This document shows, piece after piece, positions 11,123 to 21,377 of a DNA stretch of 64,000 nucleotides (the first letter of the stretch is position 1; each line of letters starts with the position of its first letter). Made by a program: the position numbers and the translations under genes. The notes beneath the pieces were generated by a model. That model worked only from the letters and a program-made list of their open reading frames with translations, was not told the origin of the DNA and ran no database searches. Source of the stretch: an uncultured cyanobacterium (GTDB lineage Bacteria > Cyanobacteriota > Cyanobacteriia > Cyanobacteriales > Nostocaceae); assembly GCA_963740315.1 (NCBI GenBank), contig CAVUDP010000004.1, positions 224,001 through 288,000 of the forward strand, written 5' to 3'.

Positions 11123-11250
11123 TGGGGGGATGGGGGAGAGGGGGACAAGGAGATGGGGAGAAAAGGGGACAAGGGGACAAGGGGACAAGGAGACAAGGAG
11201 ACAAGGGGACAAGGAGACAAGGGGACAAGGGGACAAGGGGAAAAGGGGAT
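11121..11250. repeat. STRR tandem repeat (GGGGACAA/GGAGACAA)
   Basis: More than 10 tandem 8-nt units between convergent kinase genes. Confidence 0.9.
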
Positions 11251-11260
11251 AAAAAGAATT

Positions 11261-12763
11261 TTAACCTTTAACCTTTGACCTTTGACCTGTATTAACTTTC
11301 AACCCGTATTTTCCAAATTTATCGAAGCAATTAGATTTCTCTACTCCTTCCAAGGGTAAATAAATAGTTAATACTTCCCCTTGTTGAGGACGTTCGCGTA
11401 CAATCAACTTACCGCCAATAGCTTGAAATAAATGCTTGGTTGCAGCCAAATTCAGGCTAATTGTGCCCGTTTCGGGTTGAAACGTCAGTAATTGACCGAT
11501 CGCTTTACGTATGGGTTGGGTCGAAGCTGATGTATCAAAAGTCGCATTAGGTAGCAATTGCAACTTTAACCGATCGCCAGCTTGAATAACTTCTACCTGA
11601 ATATGACTACCCGCAGGTAAGTTGCGAGTCAAATTTTCCATCAAGCCAGTCAAAACTCGATCGAGCATATTTGGATTAGTTACTACGGTAGGCATTTGCT
11701 GCGGTAAAACAACATCCAAAGTTAGATTTCGCCGATTTGCAGCTTGTTGCCAACGAGGAATACAAGATTGCAGCATTTGTTCCAAACACATCGCCGTTAG
11801 CTGAGAGCTTGATGAATTTGAAGTTTCTAATTCTGCTGCCCTAAACAGCAATTCCATCCGATCGATTTGTTCGGTACATTCGCGATCGATAGATTGTAAC
11901 CGTTTGATAACCTTTGCTGGTAAATCTTTCTGCTTCAACAATAAACGAGTTGTAGTGCGAATCGTTGTTAAAGGAGTACGGACTTCATGAGCAAAAGCTT
12001 GCAACAATTCAACATCCGAACGAGATGGGTGTTTCGTCGATGTGGAACTGGAGTAGCGATCGTTTTCTTCAAACTTGCTTTTATGTTCGTTCGTTCCTTT
12101 GGAGTAAACCTTTGTTCCTTTATCATTCGGTTCCGGATACTCTAAAAGCAACAACTGACTAAATTGCATCAGAATGCGGTAATCAGGTGCTACCGGGCAA
12201 AAACGTTGTACTAACTCATCCAATTCTGTAAAGAAATCGGGATTAGTTAACATTACCCTACTAGCAAGCGCCTGCCATGCTTGTTCAACCACTTCTGGAT
12301 CGAAGGAAAATAGAAAACTGCTTTTATCGTTATCTTCTGCTAAAACCAGTACTAATGAAAATTTTTCTGTAAAAATCAAACAAAACTGTTCCCTCGACAA
12401 TGGGTCCACTTTTAGCAGAGGCAACACCGACTCATCGAAAGCATTTTTTTCTACTTGAGTATCTGCGGACATATGAAAAGGCATCAAAGCCAAGGGATTA
12501 AATGGCTTCGCCGTAAAAGTTACCGTCCGCAAACAATCATTTAGCAATGGCTCGCACAACACGGGTGCGGGTGCAGCCAAAACTAATCCTTGAGTTGTAT
12601 CGGGTGCAACTACAGATAAAGTATTTAACAGCAACTCTTGAGAAGCACCTAAAGCAGTACGCCATTGTTGTCGCGCTTTAGGCAACGAACATTCAACTTC
12701 AGTTACTTGACGCTGGGCTAAAATTTCCTTTAAACTCGGCAAAATCCACTTATACTTATACAC
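11261..12763 (-). CDS. hik2: Hik2 / chloroplast sensor kinase-like histidine kinase
   Basis: ELLQAFAHEVRTPLTTIRT, RECTEQIDRMELLF, LTFQPETGTISLNLAATK and an N-terminal GAF-like region (EQFCLIFT, FSFDP). Confidence 0.8.
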   Translation of the reverse strand: MYKYKWILPSLKEILAQRQVTEVECSLPKARQQWRTALGASQELLLNTLSVVAPDTTQGLVLAAPAPVLCEPLLNDCLRTVTFTAKPFNPLALMPFHMSADTQVEKNAFDESVLPLLKVDPLSREQFCLIFTEKFSLVLVLAEDNDKSSFLFSFDPEVVEQAWQALASRVMLTNPDFFTELDELVQRFCPVAPDYRILMQFSQLLLLEYPEPNDKGTKVYSKGTNEHKSKFEENDRYSSSTSTKHPSRSDVELLQAFAHEVRTPLTTIRTTTRLLLKQKDLPAKVIKRLQSIDRECTEQIDRMELLFRAAELETSNSSSSQLTAMCLEQMLQSCIPRWQQAANRRNLTLDVVLPQQMPTVVTNPNMLDRVLTGLMENLTRNLPAGSHIQVEVIQAGDRLKLQLLPNATFDTSASTQPIRKAIGQLLTFQPETGTISLNLAATKHLFQAIGGKLIVRERPQQGEVLTIYLPLEGVEKSNCFDKFGKYGLKVNTGQRSKVKG

Positions 12764-12904
12764 TGGGGTTCACCCCTTTATTAAAAGCAACTAACAGCTT
12801 CCGCAAACTGGAAATTCACTATTACTTACGAGCTTACCTACATATGTCTTCTAACGAAAGTAGTAGAACCGAACAATGATAGGAGCGTTTTCCGTTAACA
12901 ATTA

Positions 12905-13075
12905 TTAAAGGTCTGCATGTCAAAGGTCTGCATGTTAAAGGTTAAAGGTCTGCATGTCAAAGGTCAAAATTTGATAACTCCTAACTCCTAACTTTCCCTT
13001 GTCCCCCCATCTCCTTGTCTCCCCATCCCCCCATCCCCCCATCCCCCCATCCCCCCATCCCCCATCCCTAATGCC
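12905..13075. repeat. Composite tandem repeats (AAAGGTCTGCATGTC; CTCCTAA; CCCCCCAT)
   Basis: Directly visible; the first unit recurs at 54255-54331. Confidence 0.8.
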
Positions 13076-13196
13076 CTTCCTAAAGATAGATGCATATTCT
13101 CAACTGAAGATTGATTTCAGTTAGAGTTCGAGGAGGGAAAACAGTAATACAGATACTTAAAAAGTGTTGTAATTTATTGTTAGATGGAGAATTTAA

Positions 13197-13859
13197 ATGG
13201 CTTTGGGCGAATATAAACGTGCTGTTGGAGCATTTTCAAGCCGCAACGATCTTGAATATGCACTCCGCGAACTTAGAGATGATGGTTTTGATATAAATAA
13301 AGTTTCTGCGATCGCTAAAAATAAGGATACTGCTAATAAGCTCGCTGGTGTGGAAACGACTGAACCCATTGGAAACCAGGCTGATGAAGGTGCATCAACG
13401 GGGGCGCTGACGGGTGGGGTTTTTGGAGGTATAACAGGTTTACTTGTGGGTTTGGGTAGTTTGGCGGTTCCTGGTGTTGGTCCGATATTGCTTGCTGGTG
13501 AAATTGCAACGACTCTTGTAACTACTGTTGCTGGTGCTGGTATTGGTGCAGCGACTGGTGGTTTATTGGGTGCGCTGGTTGGTTTGGGAATTCCTGAAGA
13601 ACGAGCGCATGTTTATAATCAGCGAATCGAACGCGGCGATTATCTATTAATTTTAGATGGAACCGAAGGGGAAATTAACCGCGCCGAAGCTATTGTCAGA
13701 AATCGCGGTATTGAAGAATTTGAGATTTACAACGCACCCAATTCGGTACAAACAAACTCGGATTATGTGAATCCTGCATCTGAAGTTGATACTATAAATC
13801 AAAATTCAAAGTTGACTGCCGATAAAGACTCTAAAGTTGTAATTGTTGACCATCGCTAG
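13197..13859 (+). CDS. General stress protein (YflT/17M-like, Gly-rich hydrophobic core)
   Basis: RAVGAFS..., GALTGGVFGGITGLLVGLG.LAVPGVGP and GLGIPEERAHVY. Confidence 0.8.
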   Translation: MALGEYKRAVGAFSSRNDLEYALRELRDDGFDINKVSAIAKNKDTANKLAGVETTEPIGNQADEGASTGALTGGVFGGITGLLVGLGSLAVPGVGPILLAGEIATTLVTTVAGAGIGAATGGLLGALVGLGIPEERAHVYNQRIERGDYLLILDGTEGEINRAEAIVRNRGIEEFEIYNAPNSVQTNSDYVNPASEVDTINQNSKLTADKDSKVVIVDHR

Positions 13860-14798
13860 TCAAGATTTTGACATCGATCGCAAAAACCGGGCTTTTGATT
13901 CGTTCTTAAGATCCGGTTTTTATTTTACATTTAATACATAGCTATTACTTAGTGACAAGTTTATTAATACAAATGCACGGGATATTACTCACTTTAATGT
14001 TTAATATAACTTTTGATTATTTATAAAATTCGATAGGAACCGCATCGATCGCAAGTGAGTCTTAAATAAAAATACTTTAAAAAATTTCACTTTTATATTC
14101 GTACTATTTATAACTTATTTTTGCTTCTCAAAATTAGTTGAAACTGTCAAGAGTGTAAAGGGTGAAATTGTAATTGTGTTTTACCACACAAATACTTACA
14201 AATAACTACATTTCAACAAAAAAACGTTTACCTTATTGCCACTAGGTTAATAATGAGTTGTTAATTATTAATGATTAGTGCAATATTTTATTAATATTTT
14301 ATATGTACCTATACTTTTTTTGACTGTAAAAGCAGTATTAATATCTAAATCACAGTCAAAAAAGTTTCATGAATTGCCTTCAGTATAAAGATAGATGACT
14401 GACTGAATTGAGCTTCTGTAAACTGTTTTGAAGTTTGATTCTCAATTAGATTTACCAAACTAACAGAAACTTGGAAAAAAGGTGGCTAAGTTTCACAAAT
14501 TTGCTAACATCAAATAGCTGCTGTCCGGCGGCATTGCATACAAGCATTTAAATCTTGACAAGCTGGTTAAGAAGACATAATGCTTTTCCTTATGCCGTGT
14601 CGCATTTGTTCGCGATCGCATGGCTGAGATTGAAGATAATACTTCTTGTTGAAGTAATTTTATCTTTAGTTTTCGCTCAACTCGGTACCTATTATGGTGC
14701 TTGTTCAATCTCACATTCGATTGTTTTTAAAACATTCGCTCCTCAACACAACACACCATTTATTTAGTTGCTTCATCTGGCTCTAAAAGGAGATTCAA

Positions 14799-15272
14799 AT
14801 GAAAAAATTTATTCCTCTTCTCATCAGCGGTATTTTAGTAACAGGTGCAGTTGGTTGTGGCGAAGAAGCTGCTAAAACTGGATCGGAAAATCCTGGTGCT
14901 ACAAACGAAGCTTTGCAACCCTCTGCAAGAGAAGCTAGCGAAACAGAAGGTTTAAATCAACCTCTACAAGAGCCTGCATCTGTTCCCGGAGCCGAAACTG
15001 CGCCCGTAGATCCTACTGCAAGCACTCAAGAAAATCCGCTAGATACCGATTTATCAAAAGAAGTTAGCAAAAAGTTGAAAGAAAAATTACCAACCAGCAA
15101 CTTGGAAGTTCAAGAAACTGAAGGGGTTGTTAGCGTTGGTGGTACAGTATCTTCTCAAGAAGAATATCAACAAATTGAACCTTTGACTAAAGAAGTTGAA
15201 GGTGTCACAGGAGTAAATGTTGAAGCAAGTGTTGAAGGTGGCGATAGTGCTGAAGGTGCTAACCCTCAGTAA
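14799..15272 (+). CDS. BON-domain lipoprotein
   Basis: Lipobox AVGC; C-terminal BON-like (GVVSVGGTVSS...VEGVTGVNV); AGGAGA RBS. Confidence 0.8.
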   Translation: MKKFIPLLISGILVTGAVGCGEEAAKTGSENPGATNEALQPSAREASETEGLNQPLQEPASVPGAETAPVDPTASTQENPLDTDLSKEVSKKLKEKLPTSNLEVQETEGVVSVGGTVSSQEEYQQIEPLTKEVEGVTGVNVEASVEGGDSAEGANPQ

Positions 15273-15387
15273 ATTGAATTAGTTTTTGCTCGAGGGTGTT
15301 GAGTAAAAATATTAAATAAACGGGACTTAATGTTAGTTGAGTCCCGTTTTTTTTAGATATTTAACTAAAAATGTAGAGACGGGTGGA

Positions 15388-15519
15388 TATAGCAGTTTTC
15401 AGTTGAGTCCAATACACTCGTCGAAACCTCACCCCGCCCGACTGGCACCCCTCTCCTTACTAAGGAGAGGGGATGGGGGTGAGGTTCATCTGTATTCTAT
15501 CCAAGTGAAAACCGCTATA
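15388..15519. mobile_element. MITE-like element nested in a GAGACG...CGTCTC palindrome and containing a REP-like hairpin
   Basis: TIRs TATAGCAGTTTTCA / TGAAAACCGCTATA; inner hairpin AACCTCACCCC...CCCCTCTCCTTACTAAGGAGAGGGG...GGGGTGAGGTT (15425-15486). Confidence 0.7.
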
Positions 15520-15543
15520 TTACGTCTCTTTAATTTTGGATTT

Positions 15544-17961
15544 CTAAATATTACTTCCTATTTTCCTCCCGGATAATTTAATACTGTAAACCGCTACAAA
15601 TCCACCCGTACCAAGCAAACCGAACATGGAAGGAATTAACGGGAACCAACCACCTTTTGTAAAAGCAAACCAACAAACTATATATAAAATAATTGCAGCG
15701 CTACTAATTGCTATTATTTGATGTTTAGGATTTCGCCAGTACCAAATTATTATTCCACCCGAACAAGAAAAAAACAAAACTAAAATAGTATCTCCCCATT
15801 GAGGTAGCCACCATAATAAAGTTCGATTGTCTTCTACAGCATCCAAAATTTGACTTATTGCATGAGCGTGAATAAATAATCCTCTGATTTCTCCGTGGGG
15901 TGTATCGTGAATATCTCGAATGCTTGTGGCTGTAACGCCAACTAATACAATTCTATTTTTTACCCAATCAGGATTAAAATTATTACTCGAATCTAAAATA
16001 TCTCTAATAGTAACTTGTTGGGCGATGGTAGGAGTATTACGATAATTAATTAATAGTTGATTTCCGCTTGCATCTAAGTTTTGATATCCACCACTCCGAG
16101 GCTGCAAACGTTTGATAACAGTATCGCCAAACTGCCAATTTTTATCTACTGTTTTAACAGAAATTCCTTTAAATTTAAAATATCTATAGGCTAATTGCCA
16201 AGCAAAAGAATAAGCTGTGGAGCAGCGAGAAGTTTGAGAAACAGGATTAGGAGTGCGGGATAATAAATAGCGACGAATGGTATCATCTTGTTCTTGGGTT
16301 TGCGATTTATCGTCAAATAAATCAACGTAACCTACTTGTTTTTTGTCAATGCTTGGTGGTGGTGCAACACTATTCTTGAGATTATTACCCGCACAAATGG
16401 CAATTAAATTTTTATTTTCTTGCCACCGATCGATTATATTTTTTTGGTCATTATTTTGGTTGCTGTTGTTTATAAGTACGGGACGATCGCGAAATATATC
16501 TACTCCCATCGCTGCGGGTTGATATGTTTGAATTTTTGCTAAAAGCTGGTTTAAAGTTTTATCTGGTAAAGGATAACCGTATCTATTACTACTAATATCT
16601 TCTTCATCAGCACCAACAATTAGAATTCGCTTGTCTGCTTTTTCAACAGGCATTTTTTGCATTAAAAAATCAAAGGCTTTTAATTCCCAGGGTTGCATTA
16701 CTCCCAACCATCTCAAACCCATCAATAATACTGTAATAAATACGCTGCTCAAGATTACGGTATAAATTTTGGGTTTAATATATGGAAGAATTGATGAAGG
16801 TAGGGGAAAAGGAATAGAGTCAACTTTATCTCGTAATTGCTGCCAAGTCGGCGGAACTTCTGCGGGATTTTGAAAAATTACGGGTAGCCAAGAAGCACCG
16901 GGAAATTCTCCTTCTATTCCCTGCAATCTTTCTCGTGCTTCTCTTACTGCTAGATAAAAAGATTCACCATACGCAAAAATTGTCAGAAAATATTTTAAGA
17001 ACTGTTGCGCTACACTATCGGGAACTGGTTCCCGCATGACAATGATTTGAGGTATGTGTAAATCGGTTAACTGAGCGGCTAATCCCAAACCTTCGCAGGA
17101 GTTAAAAATTGCTAGCTGTAAACCTCTTGTAATAGCTTTAGCAAGAGCATTTTTTAATTCATTAATTGTTAAACTATCGGTTCTATTAATATAAATATTG
17201 CCGATATTATCGTCGTACTGAGTATTACTATGTCCGGCAAAAAATAGAATATCCCATCCACGTTTATCCCACAGCACTTCATCTAATTGCTGACGCTGGG
17301 GTTCTACTAAAAATACTGTTTCTGCATCTTTTAAGCTGTGAATTATTTTTTTATCTGTTTCAACATCAATCCCAGTGCTATCACCAATTATTGCTAAAAT
17401 TCTCACTTTTTTACCAGAGGTATGTTTAATTTTTCCTGGTTCAAAATTTAGAGAACTTAAAGACATTTCAGCATGAGGATAATCTGCAAAAAATTGCCAA
17501 TTGTACCAAGGAATTTTGCGTAACTGATTATCTTCAGTTTGGATAATAAAATGAATTTCGTCTTCAGGATGTAATTCTTTACGCAATTGACGCTCTATTG
17601 TACGAAATTCTGGAGAATCTAACCAATTATCCAGGTTTATTTTCAGTTGCTGACAAACATCGTTAAAATCGGCATTACTAACATGAGTTATGTCTGCCTC
17701 ATCAATAGTTATATCGTCATCGTCTTCGTCATCGTCTTGATTAATTAAAGGCTGAATGCTACGAATATTAATTGAACGAGCTTTGTATAATAATTCGTAA
17801 AAAAGTTGCCAGCGACGATAAAGCTCTACTAACTTAGGTAAAGCTGGTAAACTACCAGTAAATTGCATTACTTTACCCGATAATTGTAATTGAGCAGTTA
17901 CGAAGGGAAAACCTGTTTGTAAATTTCCTGTTCCTAAATTTAATATGACTACTTTACTCAT
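15544..17961 (-). CDS. CHAT protease-CHASE2 membrane sensor
   Basis: N-terminal CHAT with His/Cys dyad (FFAGHS, IFNSCEG); TM; CHASE2 (ELKAFD, RILIVGADEEDI, GVDIFRD, GLFIHAHAISQIL); three C-terminal TM helices. Confidence 0.88.
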   Translation of the reverse strand: MSKVVILNLGTGNLQTGFPFVTAQLQLSGKVMQFTGSLPALPKLVELYRRWQLFYELLYKARSINIRSIQPLINQDDDEDDDDITIDEADITHVSNADFNDVCQQLKINLDNWLDSPEFRTIERQLRKELHPEDEIHFIIQTEDNQLRKIPWYNWQFFADYPHAEMSLSSLNFEPGKIKHTSGKKVRILAIIGDSTGIDVETDKKIIHSLKDAETVFLVEPQRQQLDEVLWDKRGWDILFFAGHSNTQYDDNIGNIYINRTDSLTINELKNALAKAITRGLQLAIFNSCEGLGLAAQLTDLHIPQIIVMREPVPDSVAQQFLKYFLTIFAYGESFYLAVREARERLQGIEGEFPGASWLPVIFQNPAEVPPTWQQLRDKVDSIPFPLPSSILPYIKPKIYTVILSSVFITVLLMGLRWLGVMQPWELKAFDFLMQKMPVEKADKRILIVGADEEDISSNRYGYPLPDKTLNQLLAKIQTYQPAAMGVDIFRDRPVLINNSNQNNDQKNIIDRWQENKNLIAICAGNNLKNSVAPPPSIDKKQVGYVDLFDDKSQTQEQDDTIRRYLLSRTPNPVSQTSRCSTAYSFAWQLAYRYFKFKGISVKTVDKNWQFGDTVIKRLQPRSGGYQNLDASGNQLLINYRNTPTIAQQVTIRDILDSSNNFNPDWVKNRIVLVGVTATSIRDIHDTPHGEIRGLFIHAHAISQILDAVEDNRTLLWWLPQWGDTILVLFFSCSGGIIIWYWRNPKHQIIAISSAAIILYIVCWFAFTKGGWFPLIPSMFGLLGTGGFVAVYSIKLSGRKIGSNI

Positions 17962-18081
17962 ATAGAACTATTATTTGAATTTAAAAAACCGCAGAGAACA
18001 CAGAGAGCGCAGAGAAAAGAAGTTTCATAGAGATAGTTAATTTTAGAGAATGTTTGAAAAGTAATGAAACGTGAAGAATTA

Positions 18082-19350
18082 TCAAATCAGATTACCTTCG
18101 TTTCCTGATATTTCAATCGTAAAATCTTCGGTGATGCTAAAATTACTTAACGCAACTTCTACGCTAAATTTTTTACCTATAGGACAAGTAAATCTTTTTA
18201 ACTGAATTAAGTTATCTTGAGTGCGCGATTCTAGTTCCTGCAACACTTTCCCGGAACGCGATCGCAATGCTAATTTGATTGAGGATGGTAAGTAGGTTTC
18301 TCTACCAGCAGGGTGTAACTGGATACGAACCCCGATTTTGTTATCGTTTTCTCTTGTTAAACCAATTAGCAATGCTACTGATTTATTGCCAAGCTGTATT
18401 CCTAAATCAATTATTTTTGCTGCTTCAACAGTCAACTCTTTAGAAGTATTCTTTTGTCTGAAAGCAAAAGCTAATCCCGTATCGGAATTTATCAATGAAT
18501 CTAAAGATTGCCAACCAGTTTCAAATGCTGACTCAAACCATTGTCCTAAATTTACAGCTGCTTTGCTAATTGTTTGGGTAATTTCAACTGCTGTATTTTC
18601 ACTTTGCTGCTGTTGGTATAGTTGTTTTCTTAATGTATCATCACCGATAAATGCACCCCATTTACTAAAAGGTACATCTAAACGCGGTGAATAAGGGTTC
18701 GATTCATTGAAAGTTTCTAATAAATCTTCTATTTCAGCTTTGGATAAAACGGGTAATGCTTCTACAGCAGGTTTTTGAGTTGGAAAAAGTTCTATTCCAG
18801 TCCACATTGCTGTTAAGTCTTCGGTTAATTCTTCAACTGCAATAGAATAGGTTTCATCGGTAAAATCATGTTCGCCAATTTCTTTTAACTGCTGATGAGT
18901 TGTATATCCACATATCCGCAACCAGCATTCTGATAAATTAATTTCTACTGCTAAATAATAGTTACCTACCCATTGCGGTAAATCAACCCATTCACGAGGA
19001 ACTTTGAATTCGGAAAAATCTTTGTCTTCGTGAGGTATTAATATTAATCTGGCTGTATCTAACTCAATAGCCATACCGTTTACTACATTCCAAATACTAT
19101 ATAAATCGGTTTCTTGCCAAATCTGAAGATTTTGAGATGGTAAATCTGTTTCGTTTTTAATATATTCCTGTAAATATTCTAAAACAGTATTTGTACAAAG
19201 AGAATTAAGATAACTCCTCCAGCGTGTGGTTGCATTATCGTAATGATGTTTTTGCGAATATTTCCATATCTTTTCTCGTTGTTGTTGAGAAAATTCTAAA
19301 AAAATTTGTTCTGGATAAATTAATGCTAAATCATTTATACTTAAATTCAT
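18082..19350 (-). CDS. DUF1822 family protein
   Basis: VNGMAI..RLILIP, VPREWVDLPQWVGNYYLAVEI, GYTTHQQLK, NLGQWF...GWQ, AKIIDLG and QLHP..YLP motifs. Confidence 0.85.
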   Translation of the reverse strand: MNLSINDLALIYPEQIFLEFSQQQREKIWKYSQKHHYDNATTRWRSYLNSLCTNTVLEYLQEYIKNETDLPSQNLQIWQETDLYSIWNVVNGMAIELDTARLILIPHEDKDFSEFKVPREWVDLPQWVGNYYLAVEINLSECWLRICGYTTHQQLKEIGEHDFTDETYSIAVEELTEDLTAMWTGIELFPTQKPAVEALPVLSKAEIEDLLETFNESNPYSPRLDVPFSKWGAFIGDDTLRKQLYQQQQSENTAVEITQTISKAAVNLGQWFESAFETGWQSLDSLINSDTGLAFAFRQKNTSKELTVEAAKIIDLGIQLGNKSVALLIGLTRENDNKIGVRIQLHPAGRETYLPSSIKLALRSRSGKVLQELESRTQDNLIQLKRFTCPIGKKFSVEVALSNFSITEDFTIEISGNEGNLI

Positions 19351-19365
19351 TTGGCTACTCCTTTA

Positions 19366-20958
19366 TTAATATAAAATGGCTTGATTAGTTACTAACCAGG
19401 TTTCGATAAAGCTTTCTATTTTTTCAACAGCAGAACTAAATTGTTGTAAGTGAATTTCTAGTTTATTTTCAACTTCTGCTGAAAATGGTTGCTGAATTTC
19501 AATAATGCTGTTTTTTGCTTGAGTATAAGCATCAGCTAAAGAATCTTTGATGTCAATATCTTTAACTCTTTGCTGGTTATATTCATTCAATTTCTCTAAA
19601 TAAGCGATTAAAACGAATTTATCCGATTCATTTATTTTATGTTGCGCTGTTTTCGCTAATATCTGACGGAAAAAGTTTTTGCTATGAATGCTCAAATATC
19701 CTTTAACATCATTGAGTTTATCTTTACAAAGTTTGTCAACTTCTCGCGTACCAAGATTTTTCCCTAAGATATCGCCATAGCGCTTAATAAATGCTTTTAA
19801 GATAGTTTTAATACTCCTTTGAAAATGACGAGCAACCTGATATTGTTTTTCTAAATTAAGAATTTCTAAAAAGTCATTCTGATTGATTTCTAAACCCAAC
19901 CAAAGTAGTAATGATTGTTGAGCGGTTTTTTCTAATGCTCGAAATTCTTCTAAAATAATATTTCTTACTTCTTTTGATTCTTGTTGATTTTCCTCCGCAA
20001 TCAGTTCGTTTGTGGATTCTGATGCTATTTCATTAATATAGTTGTGTTCTTCAATGGATACCAACCGTTTGCTTTGTAGATTTCGTACCGCTTCCACGCA
20101 GGTTGCTAACATTTGTTTGATAGTTTGGCTATTGCTATTAGTTTCCTGAATTTCCAAACGTCGAATTTGCTTGTTATATCGGATTGCGATTCGATCGAGT
20201 TGTTCGTCAGTTAAAGCGGTTGTGGGTGGTTTGCGATGATGACTTCCATCGCTACTAGTTGGTGGATAAAGTTCTAAAAAGAACTCATTAAAAGCTTGCC
20301 AAACGAGACAATATTTGATAAGACTATTTTTGGAAATCCCTAAATTAGTTAAAGCTTGCTCTAATTTACTTTTAGTTGTATTTCGCAGTAAACCATTATC
20401 AGAAAACTTTAAAGACTTTGTTTTTAATTCTCCAACAATTTTATTTTTGATAGTTCTATTTAGAGCTACGCTAGCATAGCTTTGTAGAGGTGTTTGAGAT
20501 TCAATTGAATATCCTCTTAACAAAGTAGCTGGAGCTAAAGCAATTTCAATACCCATGATAAAGCAGTCTTCTAGAGCATAGTATGAACCGGAATGGGAAG
20601 TTTGTTTTAACTTTTGGCTAACGTCTCTAGCTGCATAAAAACAAATTAACTGTAAATAGTTAAACAAGCATAATTTCGCGAGTTTATAACAAAATGTATA
20701 GCTGAAAGTTACGGATATTTTTGCTTGATTCCTCCACAATAAATGATAAATGCTCTTAAATTCTAGTAAGAATTGTAGAAAATATCTGGCTAATTCATCT
20801 TCGCTAGCTATTAAGCTATCTTCAATTAAATTTTCTAAAAAAGGTTGTAATCCTCGGTGAGTTTCCTGTTGAGCAAGTGCGCTTGCCGTACCTCTCGAAC
20901 TATCTTTTAAGGATATACCTGTTAAAAATCTATTAAATGTTTGTTGATATTTAGACAT
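19366..20958 (-). CDS. Divergent sigma-70-like/HTH regulator of the type found upstream of DUF1822
   Basis: YLQLICFYAA..V, LQSYAS, SDNGLLR..TKSKLEQAL, YCLVWQAF, QLDRIAIRYN and QYQVARHF; 15 nt from DUF1822; assignment from family recollection and context. Confidence 0.65.
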   Translation of the reverse strand: MSKYQQTFNRFLTGISLKDSSRGTASALAQQETHRGLQPFLENLIEDSLIASEDELARYFLQFLLEFKSIYHLLWRNQAKISVTFSYTFCYKLAKLCLFNYLQLICFYAARDVSQKLKQTSHSGSYYALEDCFIMGIEIALAPATLLRGYSIESQTPLQSYASVALNRTIKNKIVGELKTKSLKFSDNGLLRNTTKSKLEQALTNLGISKNSLIKYCLVWQAFNEFFLELYPPTSSDGSHHRKPPTTALTDEQLDRIAIRYNKQIRRLEIQETNSNSQTIKQMLATCVEAVRNLQSKRLVSIEEHNYINEIASESTNELIAEENQQESKEVRNIILEEFRALEKTAQQSLLLWLGLEINQNDFLEILNLEKQYQVARHFQRSIKTILKAFIKRYGDILGKNLGTREVDKLCKDKLNDVKGYLSIHSKNFFRQILAKTAQHKINESDKFVLIAYLEKLNEYNQQRVKDIDIKDSLADAYTQAKNSIIEIQQPFSAEVENKLEIHLQQFSSAVEKIESFIETWLVTNQAILY

Positions 20959-21042
20959 TTTTCTAGTTTCTCATTATCTATTTTTTTAGATGAATCGCTT
21001 CGCTACACCCCAAGTTTTAAGAAATAAAAACAAGTCTACTTT

Positions 21043-21075
21043 TATTTATTGGTGCTAATGTATGGCGATATGCAG
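21043..21075 (-). promoter_or_regulatory. Bipartite motif copy upstream of the sigma-like gene
   Basis: Minus strand CTGCATA-TCGCCATACATTAG(14)-CACCAATAAATA. Confidence 0.55.
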
Positions 21076-21300
21076 GTTTGCGCTTAATTTATATCTAAAT
21101 TTACTGTATCAAGAAAAATACTGCCTAAATTTAAAAAAAACGTAAAAATATCTTCTCTTTATATAGTGCTTTATTGAAAGGACAGTCAAGCAGATATATG
21201 TTTTAGATATTTGGAGAAGTTGCTCCCGACCGTCTCTACATTTTGAATGAATCATTCATCGGTTATTTTCTCAAAAAATTCTCTAAAAAATATTCTACCC

Positions 21301-21340
21301 CTGCATACAGCTTTTACAACTAGACCAATTGCTTAATAGA
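21301..21340 (+). promoter_or_regulatory. Bipartite motif copy upstream of the RTX gene
   Basis: CTGCATA-CAGCTTTTACAACTA(15)-GACCAATTGCTTAATAGA. Confidence 0.7.
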
Positions 21341-21377
21341 CAAAACAAATTCAACTTTCAAACTCGGAGGAACGATT

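Noticed and set aside
10960..11220. Pro/Ser-rich ORFs at 7158, 10960, 53158, 54419 and 54427
   Set aside because: Translations of STRR tandem repeats or antisense overlaps of real genes
14493..14767. Overlapping 70-73 aa ORFs upstream of the BON gene
   Set aside because: Non-ATG starts, no RBS or recognisable motif; more likely UTR
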